This document shows, in pieces, positions 57,274 through 64,000 of a stretch of 64,000 nt of DNA. The notes below the pieces were generated by a model, which worked only from the letters and a program-made list of their open reading frames with translations, searched no databases and was not told the DNA's origin. Where the stretch lies: NCBI GenBank assembly GCA_964291395.2, contig OZ219856.1:1632001-1696000 (forward strand), read 5' to 3'. Every line of letters starts with the position of its first letter. The first letter of the stretch is position 1. The stretch is from Alphaproteobacteria bacterium. Its GTDB lineage: Bacteria; Pseudomonadota; Alphaproteobacteria; UBA2966. The position numbers and the translations under genes were made by a program.

Positions 57274-58479
57274 CTATTTGCCGCGCCGCTCCCTCCGCGC
57301 CGCTTCGAGCGATCTCTCACGCTTCGACAACCACCAGCCGTAACGAGGCTGCCACACGCTCTCGTAGGACTTCGGACCGATCAGGGCGCGGGCCGCGTGC
57401 ACCGGCCAGTTCGGGTCGTTGAGGGCTTCGCGGCCGATCGCGACGAGATCCGCACGGCCTTCGGAGACGACGCTTTCCGCGTATGCCGGTTCCATGATCA
57501 GGCCGACGGTCATGGTGGCAAGGCCGGTGTCCCGTTTCAGGCGCTCGGCGAAGGGAACCTGGAACCCTTGCTCGCGGGGGACCACCACCGGGGTGCCCCG
57601 CAGACCGAGCCCGCGGGATGAGCAATCCATCACGTCCACGCCCCGCTTGCCGAGCGCCCGGGCCAGTTCCACCGATTCGTCGAGTGTCCAGCCGCCCTCC
57701 TCATCGTCGATGCACGAGATCCGGTAGAACAGCGGCTTGTCGTCCGGCCACTCGGAGCGGACGGCATCGGCGACCTCCAGGGCGAAACGCATTCGCCCCT
57801 CGAGGCTTCCCCCGTAATCGTCCGACCGCCGGTTGCTGACCGGAGACAGGAAGGTGTGGATCAGATAGCCGTGCGCCGCGTGGATATCCAAGACATCAAA
57901 GCCCGCCTCCCGGCAGCGTCGCGCCGCCGCCGCGTGTTCCGCCAGCGCGGCGCCTATGTCGGACCGGGTCATCTCGCGCGGCGTCGGCCACCCTGGATTG
58001 GCGGGAAGCGCCGAGGGACCGACGGTCTCCCAGGGCGCCTCGCCCCGTTCGCCGATGTCCATCCCGGAGAGGGGTTCGAACCCGTCCCAAGGGCGCTGCA
58101 CCGACGCCTTGCGCCCAGCGTGCAGGATCTGGGCGCCGGGCATGGCGCCCTGCTTCCGCACGGTGTCGGCGATTCGCGCCAACGGCTCGACGCACGCGTC
58201 GTCCCAGCTCCCGAGGTCGCTGTATGTGAGGCGACCTTCCGGCGAGATGCACAGCGCTTCCGTGAAGACCAGACCCGCCCCGCCCATGGCCAGACGTCCA
58301 TAGTGGGCGAGATGGTAGTCGGTGGGCAGGCCGTCACGCCCTGCCGCGTACTGCTGCATCGGCGAGATAACGATCCGATTCTTGAGTGCCACCCCGCGCA
58401 GCGTGAGCGGTGTGAAAAGTCGGGGCGCTCGCCTGGTGTCCGCATCCGGGTCGTCGTTGAGCGCCTCTTCTGCCGTCAT
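57274..58479 (-). CDS. NADH:flavin oxidoreductase (Old Yellow Enzyme, YqjM-like)
   Basis: LKNRIVISPMQQY, HAGRKAS, HAAHGYL..FLSP.SN.R.D.YGGS, GRE.L.DP.W. Confidence 0.93.
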   Translation of the reverse strand: MTAEEALNDDPDADTRRAPRLFTPLTLRGVALKNRIVISPMQQYAAGRDGLPTDYHLAHYGRLAMGGAGLVFTEALCISPEGRLTYSDLGSWDDACVEPLARIADTVRKQGAMPGAQILHAGRKASVQRPWDGFEPLSGMDIGERGEAPWETVGPSALPANPGWPTPREMTRSDIGAALAEHAAAARRCREAGFDVLDIHAAHGYLIHTFLSPVSNRRSDDYGGSLEGRMRFALEVADAVRSEWPDDKPLFYRISCIDDEEGGWTLDESVELARALGKRGVDVMDCSSRGLGLRGTPVVVPREQGFQVPFAERLKRDTGLATMTVGLIMEPAYAESVVSEGRADLVAIGREALNDPNWPVHAARALIGPKSYESVWQPRYGWWLSKRERSLEAARRERRGK

Positions 58480-58528
58480 GTGATCCCCGTCCATGGTGGC
58501 GCTTATCTGCCGTGCGACAGCGGCCCGG

Positions 58529-59158
58529 TCAAGGCGCCTCGGCCAGCGGCCGCAGTTGACGCATCAGTTCCTCGGCGCGCGTGACCGCGGTGCTGTCCAC
58601 CTCCAGGCCCGCCGCGCTGAGCGCCCTCGCCGTCCACACATTGCAGGTGTTGCCGAGGTGGAACCGCCCAACCGCCGGATAGAACAGACTGTTGGCGAAG
58701 AGGCCATCGGCCTTGATCTCGGCCTTCCGCCGACCCGCACGCTCGAAGGAGGCGTGGATGTACTCGATGAGTTGGGCGAGTCCGGTTTCGCTGACCCGCA
58801 GCGCGACAACCTCCGCCGCCGGATGGCGACGGGCCGGCTCGCTGAACGATCCCGCCATGTGAACGACGGCGGGGGTCGGTTTGAAGGCCGCACGCAGCGT
58901 CATGCCGAGCGTCGTCTTCTTCGCCGGGTAATATTCGGCGTCTCCCCAGCCGAACTCCAGGTACTCGGCATCAGGGAAGTCGGCTGTCTCGGGAATGAGG
59001 CCCGCCGGCACGTGCCGGCGTTCGAATACGACATTGGAGTGCCAGCCGTTGGACACCACGTAGATCGTGTGCGCGGTCGGTTCGGCGGACCTGACGGTCG
59101 CCGCGATCAAGACCAACGCGACGACAATTGCTCCGATGGCTGGCAGGACTCGAGTCAC
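58529..59158 (-). CDS. DUF2459 family protein
   Basis: IYVVSNGWHS, EFGWGD..YY, FY.A.GRFHL.NTCNVW. Confidence 0.85.
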   Translation of the reverse strand: MTRVLPAIGAIVVALVLIAATVRSAEPTAHTIYVVSNGWHSNVVFERRHVPAGLIPETADFPDAEYLEFGWGDAEYYPAKKTTLGMTLRAAFKPTPAVVHMAGSFSEPARRHPAAEVVALRVSETGLAQLIEYIHASFERAGRRKAEIKADGLFANSLFYPAVGRFHLGNTCNVWTARALSAAGLEVDSTAVTRAEELMRQLRPLAEAP

Positions 59159-59282
59159 ATCGTGCAGCGTCGTTACAGGTAAACGGGCAAAGCGATGCTA
59201 CTCCGATTTTCGGATGTTCGTGACACCGCGTTGCTGCGATAATCGGTGCACGGATGGTCTGTATTCGGTGGGAGCATTGAGA

Positions 59283-59786
59283 ATGGCGTATACGGTCGAT
59301 GAACTCGCTGCCGACTGCCGGGATGCGCTGGCCGCGGATTCCGACGCGGCCGGACTTGAGCGGCTCCGGCAATTCGTCGGACGCGCCCTCAAGGATGAAG
59401 AGTTCATCGAAACCCACCTCGGGCCCGGGGCCGACTCGCCGCGCAACATCCTCTATGAGGATCCGGACCACGGCTTCTGCATCATCGCCCACGTCTACGG
59501 CGGCGGCGCCAACCCGCCACCCCACGATCACGGACCCGCCTGGGCGATCTATGGACAGGTCGCCGGCGTTACGGAGATGACCGACTTCGAGATCGTCGAA
59601 CCGCCCCGTGGGGAGGAACCGGGCAAGGTAAAGCGGGTGCGGACCTACGAACTCCACGCCGGCGACACGAAGCTGTACCGCGTCGGCGATGTGCATACCC
59701 CGCGCCGCGAAAACCCGACCCGTCTCATTCGGATCGAGGGTCAGGATTTGGCGAAGATCAAACGGGATCGTTTCGAGCCGATATAG
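59283..59786 (+). CDS. Cysteine dioxygenase-like cupin
   Basis: LYEDPDHGF, PPHDHG.AWAIYGQ, GDVH. Confidence 0.75.
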   Translation: MAYTVDELAADCRDALAADSDAAGLERLRQFVGRALKDEEFIETHLGPGADSPRNILYEDPDHGFCIIAHVYGGGANPPPHDHGPAWAIYGQVAGVTEMTDFEIVEPPRGEEPGKVKRVRTYELHAGDTKLYRVGDVHTPRRENPTRLIRIEGQDLAKIKRDRFEPI

Positions 59787-59948
59787 AGCTTCGGCGGATT
59801 TTCCCTCGCCACCTGCGTGTGAAGGAGCGCGGGGCCGATTTTTGATTTGCCCTACCGGAGAGGGTCACGGAACGCCGGATTGCGGCGCCGACTTCGTGCA
59901 ACGACGTAGGGCCTGGGGTCCGTACAGCCAGGACTCCGCATGTAGTGG

Positions 59949-59984
59949 AAATGGGGTCGGACTTGGAGCCCGACTCCGACACCA
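59949..59984. repeat. 36-bp palindromic dispersed repeat, copy B
   Basis: AAATGGGGTCGGA-13 nt-TCCGACACCA. Confidence 0.6.
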
Positions 59985-59995
59985 GGTCGAACATG

Positions 59996-60472
59996 TCAGA
60001 GAGGCAGGTGCGTGAACGAATCCAGCATGCGGGTGTCCAGAACCGCCCGATGGCAATCGTAGAGCCAGCGGCCGTTTGCCTTGACAAGGGAATCGACGTA
60101 ACGGCCGGCGACATAGATGCTGCTCACGCCGTCCGGATCGGTACGGGTGATCTGGAAATGCGACAGGGCCTCCGCGCGGTCCGCCGAGATCTCGACGGAC
60201 ACCGGGCTGACGAGGTGAAGACGCCGCGCCGGATCGCGGACGTGATCCCGCGCTTCCTTGAGAATCTCGGCGAGTTCCGCATAGGTCGATCGCCACCACA
60301 CCATGTCGGCGCGAATTTCGGTCCCGTAGGCCCGAATCTCGTAGATGCCGTCCTCAGAGAACAGCGCGAGCCAGTCCTCGAGCGCCTCCTCGTCCAGGAG
60401 CCGCGCGGTCCGCATGATGTGTTCGCGGACCGCGTCCTTCTCGATCAGTCGAATCGTCGCGTCGTCGGACAT
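59996..60472 (-). CDS. Rieske oxygenase beta subunit, MsmB/AbsAb-like
   Basis: RLLDEE..EDWL, Y.IRAYGTEIR..M.W, RTDPDG.S, GRY.D, LDTR.L...HLPL. Confidence 0.8.
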   Translation of the reverse strand: MSDDATIRLIEKDAVREHIMRTARLLDEEALEDWLALFSEDGIYEIRAYGTEIRADMVWWRSTYAELAEILKEARDHVRDPARRLHLVSPVSVEISADRAEALSHFQITRTDPDGVSSIYVAGRYVDSLVKANGRWLYDCHRAVLDTRMLDSFTHLPL

Positions 60473-60497
60473 GGCGCATCACCGCGAGGTCGTCACT

Positions 60498-61873
60498 CTA
60501 GGAATTCCTCATGAACGGATTGTGGGGCGGATAACCCGTGCGCCGTCCCCACTCCTGATAATAGCAGTAGTGCGTGAAGCCCAGCTCCCCGGATATTGGC
60601 GTCGTCGGTCGGGTTCAGATCCTCCTCGCGTGCGACGATGCTGTAGCGCACCACGTCCGCGGCGATGGCTTTCCATTGCTCCTCGACGGCGATCGTGTCC
60701 TCGCCGAGATTGCGGCCCGCCGGCCCCCAGAACATGTTGTGGTGGCGCAGGCGTTCGGCGATGAGTTCCCGCGAATCCGTGACCTGGCCCAGACCGCGCC
60801 ATTCCACGACGGTCCGGCCGGGCCCCGTCGGCACCATGCGGTCGATGCGGACGACGTTGGAGCGGATGTTGACCATGAGATCGGGAAAGATATTGATCAC
60901 CCGCATCTCGTTTTCCTTCATGCCAGGCAACACCGCTCCGGAGACACCCCTGTAGCCCGCCGCGCCGTATTCGACGGGCGCATCGCCCGCCGACCAGTAG
61001 CCGCTGTGGCCGTTCGGCAGGATGCGCAGCCGCATGGGGCTGATCTTACCCGTGACCCACGGCATCGTCCGGCGGTTGATCAGATGTTTTCCTTCATGCC
61101 AGGCAACACCGCCCCGGAGACACCCCTGTAGCCCGCCGCGCCGTATTCGACGGGCGCATCGCCCGCCGACCAGTAGCCGCTGTGAGGATGCGCAGCCGCA
61201 TGGGGCTGATCTTACCCGTGACCCACGGCATCGTCCGGCGGTTGATCAGATGGAGGAGCGAATGGTAACGCTCGGAGTTGTTGTCCTGCCAGAGTTTCCA
61301 GTTGGTCTTGAGGTTGGCCTTGTGGACGTGGAAAACCTCGAGCGGCGCGCCGCCCAGGGGCTCCACCAGGGGCTCCATGATGTCGCCGAGGTAGTCGGCG
61401 AGCGGCTCGGTGTCATCGGACAGGCAGGCGAACACCAGGCCAGCAATCGACTCGCTGCGGACGGGGATCAGGCCCAGCTTGTCCTTGTCCAGCTTCACCG
61501 CCTCGTAGCCCTCGGGTTTGGCGACGCCGGTGCAGCGGCCGTCGAGGCCGTAGGTCCACAAGTGATAGAAGCACTGGAATCCGCCGGCATTGCCGGAATC
61601 GTTGCGGACGACCGGTGATCCTCGATGGCGGCAGACGTTGTAGAACGCACGGATCCGCCCGTCTTCGCCGCGCACGATCAGGACCGGTTTTCCCGCGACG
61701 CTGGTGACCCGGTAATCTCCGGTCTCCTTGAGTTCGCTCTCGTGGCAGACGAACAGCCAGACCTTCGAGAAGATCTCCTCCCGCTCGACCTCGAAGATTT
61801 CCTCGTCGGTAAAGATCCGGTTGTCGAGGTAGTGGGTGTCCGGCAGGCCGGGGAGTTGATCGATGGAGTTCAT
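60498..61873 (-). pseudogene. Rieske oxygenase alpha subunit, MsmA/AbsAa-like; disrupted by a duplication and indels
   Basis: PDTHYLDNRI, CRH-X17-CFYH, TNWKLWQDNNSERYH, PNGH, RIDR, WGPAGRNLGED; YYQEWGRR in a shifted frame. Confidence 0.8.
60911..61252. repeat. Tandem duplication (60911-61086 and 61087-61252)
   Basis: Second copy lacks GCCGTTCGGC and has one SNP. Confidence 0.95.
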
Positions 61874-62031
61874 GGTCGTCGCCGTTTCCAAGGCAGAACG
61901 GGGCAAGGTTGCACGGCTGGAGGGCAACCGTCGCCCATCTAACGACACGCGCGCTGGGTGAATCAATCGTCGCCGGCGGGGGGAACGAGCGACCGATGGC
62001 CCACCGGCCTTCGCCGCGATGCGGCACGAGA

Positions 62032-62107
62032 TGGTGCGCCCGCTAGGAATCGAACCTAGGACCCACTGATTAAAAGTCAGTTGCTCTGCCGACTGAGCTA
62101 CGGGCGC
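62032..62107 (-). tRNA. tRNA-Lys (UUU)
   Basis: GCGCCCG acceptor stem, D arm GCTCAGTCGGCAGAGC, anticodon loop CTTTTAA, T arm GGTTCGATTCC, encoded CCA; 76 nt. Confidence 0.97.
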
Positions 62108-62143
62108 CCGAAATGCCTACATTCGCCGCGTATGGCGCGCCGG

Positions 62144-62172
62144 ACATTAGGCACCAGCCGAACACGGGTCAA
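62144..62172 (-). promoter_or_regulatory. Promoter of tRNA-Lys
   Basis: TTGACC-17-TAATGT. Confidence 0.65.
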
Positions 62173-62476
62173 CATCTACGACTTGCGAACGCGAACGAGC
62201 CGCTGCCCTTGCGCGCGGTGCGATCGATCACGAGTGAGCCCGCTTGCGCCACGGCAAAGTATCGGGAACAGAAATGCCCCGGCCTCGTTGAAGCTCGAAA
62301 GTATCCGAGGCATTTCGGCTCCGGCTTCATCGAGGCGCGCCTCCTGTTGCGCCCGCCGAGCCGGGAGAGGTCCGTCCTGGGCCGGGCGGACAGCCCGATC
62401 ATTGAGTGTGGCGAGGCCCACGGCGACGGCAGCGACCAGATCCGTGCCCGTGCTGCCGCACGACCTCCCCGACCCC

Positions 62477-62761
62477 TCAGGCGCCGGCCGCCCTCCGAAG
62501 CGCCGCCGCCGGGCGAAACTTCAATACCTTCGAAGCCTTGATCCGTATCTGCTCCCCCGTCCGAGGATTGCGGCCCTTGCGCGCCTTGCGCCGGACGATC
62601 GTGAAAGTGCCAAAATTGCCAATCCCGTAACGACCCTCCCTCTTCGACTTCCTCAGACCCGCCTCGATCTCACCCAAAACCAGATCAACCGTCCGCCTCG
62701 CCGCCGCCTTGCTCATGCCGCCCTTCCGGGCAACGTTCTCAATCAGCACGGTCCTGCTCAT
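62477..62761 (-). CDS. HU family DNA-binding protein
   Basis: NFGTF, RKARKGRNPRTGE.I.I.AS..LKFRPA; SD GAGGAGG. Confidence 0.92.
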   Translation of the reverse strand: MSRTVLIENVARKGGMSKAAARRTVDLVLGEIEAGLRKSKREGRYGIGNFGTFTIVRRKARKGRNPRTGEQIRIKASKVLKFRPAAALRRAAGA

Positions 62762-62986
62762 CTCTACCTCCTCTCGCGCCGTGCCCTCCCTCAACAACAC
62801 TCTGCGCAATGACCCCACACCAGTCAACGACTGAAAAAAGGCGGAGCAAAGGCATCGGTGCCGGCGGCACCGCTCGTCCGATCTCGTTCCGGGCCCGGGC
62901 GACGCGCCTCGTGGCGTGCTGGACCCGGAATCGGCCGCCGCCGGAAAAGATTTCGAATCGGCCGTTCGCAGGCTAACGTGTCGGCC

Positions 62987-64000
62987 ATGAAAACCGGCGC
63001 CCCGCCCGCCATCGCCGACGTTCCCGATGACGTTCTCGACTCCTTACGGCGCCTCGGACTCCTCGAAGACCGCTCCGAACCCCGGTTCACCTCCCTTCCT
63101 GGCGGCGTATCGTCCGACATCTGGCGCGTGGACACCGGAGATCGTGTGATTTGCGTCAAACGCGCCCTCGCGCGTCTCAAGGTCTCCGCCGACTGGCGGG
63201 TACCGGTCGAACGCAACGCCTACGAGGCCGCCTGGATCGAGACGGTGGCGTCGGTCGTTCCCGAGACGGTACCGGCCCTCCTCGCCCAGGACGCGAAAGC
63301 CGGTCTCATCGCCATGACGTACCTCGAACCGGAATCCCATCCCCCGTGGAAGGAAAAGCTGCGGCTTGGGAACGCGCAGACATCGGACGCCGAGGCCGTC
63401 GCCGCGCGCGTCGCAGCGATCCATGCTGCTACGGCCGGGAGAGAAGACGTGGCCGAACGATTCGCCTCCGACGACATCTTTTACGCCATCCGTCTGGAGC
63501 CTTACCTGGAGACCGTCGCCCGCGCCCATCCGGAAGCGGCTCGGATACTTCGGGAGATCATCGCACGCACGGCGTCGACTCGGGTGGCCCTCGTCCACGG
63601 TGACGTCAGCCCCAAGAACATCCTGCTCGGCCCGCGCGGGCCGGTGTTTCTCGACGCCGAATGCGCCTGGTACGGCGATCCGGCCTTCGACCTCGCCTTT
63701 TGCCTCAATCACCTGCTGCTCAAGTGTCTATGGAAGCCCCAAGCATCGTCGAAGTTCCTCGATTGTTTCGACGCGCTGGCAAGGACCTATCTCGCCGCGG
63801 TTGACTGGGAGGCACCGAGCGGCCTCGAAGGGCGCGCCGCGCCGTTGCTGGCCGGGCTGTTCCTCGCGCGCGTCGACGGCAAGTCGCCGGTAGAGTACAT
63901 CACCGAAGAGAGAGACAAGGAACGCGTACGGCGCGTGGCCCGCGAACTGCTGCGGTCATCCGCGACACGCCTCGTCGCGATCCGCGACGCCTGGGCGGAG
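62987..64000 (+). CDS. Aminoglycoside phosphotransferase/methylthioribose kinase-like protein (runs off the window)
   Basis: GGVSSDIW, VKRAL.RLKV..DW, HGDVSPKNIL, LDAE..WYGDPAFD; no stop before 64000. Confidence 0.9.
   Translation, partial: MKTGAPPAIADVPDDVLDSLRRLGLLEDRSEPRFTSLPGGVSSDIWRVDTGDRVICVKRALARLKVSADWRVPVERNAYEAAWIETVASVVPETVPALLAQDAKAGLIAMTYLEPESHPPWKEKLRLGNAQTSDAEAVAARVAAIHAATAGREDVAERFASDDIFYAIRLEPYLETVARAHPEAARILREIIARTASTRVALVHGDVSPKNILLGPRGPVFLDAECAWYGDPAFDLAFCLNHLLLKCLWKPQASSKFLDCFDALARTYLAAVDWEAPSGLEGRAAPLLAGLFLARVDGKSPVEYITEERDKERVRRVARELLRSSATRLVAIRDAWAE

Noticed and set aside
59790-62107. Genomic island integrated at tRNA-Lys
   Set aside because: No integrase, and I could not find a repeat of the tRNA 3' end in the window.

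Overview
High-GC bacterial chromosomal segment, most consistent with an Alphaproteobacterium (Rhodospirillales-like; inferred from gene content and promoter style). It is dominated by accessory catabolic genes: three hydantoinase/oxoprolinase B subunits (two with A partners), two TauD-type, one PhyH-type and one JmjC-type Fe(II)/2OG oxygenases, two Rieske oxygenase alpha/beta pairs (one in a catechol 2,3-dioxygenase operon, one MsmA/AbsA-like and disrupted), four SDRs, an amidase with a small GatC/AtzG-like partner, CBS plus cystathionine gamma-lyase/synthase, AtuA, a split TRAP transporter and a chrB-chrA pair. It also carries cspA, an HU-like gene and tRNA-Lys(UUU). I found no CRISPR array, phage genes or intact transposase. 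The most interesting non-coding signals are: (i) a structured, pseudoknot-capable leader ahead of chrB, a candidate chrB RNA motif or orphan riboswitch; (ii) a promoter-to-terminator small-RNA candidate at about 38.3 kb; (iii) intergenic patches where toxin-antitoxin modules are truncated next to short MITE-like repeats and a 267-bp fragment of a diverged allele of the neighbouring gene; (iv) a 36-bp dispersed palindrome family; and (v) an IS110 transposase remnant. Two 170-200 bp tandem duplications, a 22-bp foreign insert and a 1-bp frameshift may be assembly artefacts. All family calls come from motif recognition by eye; no searches were run.
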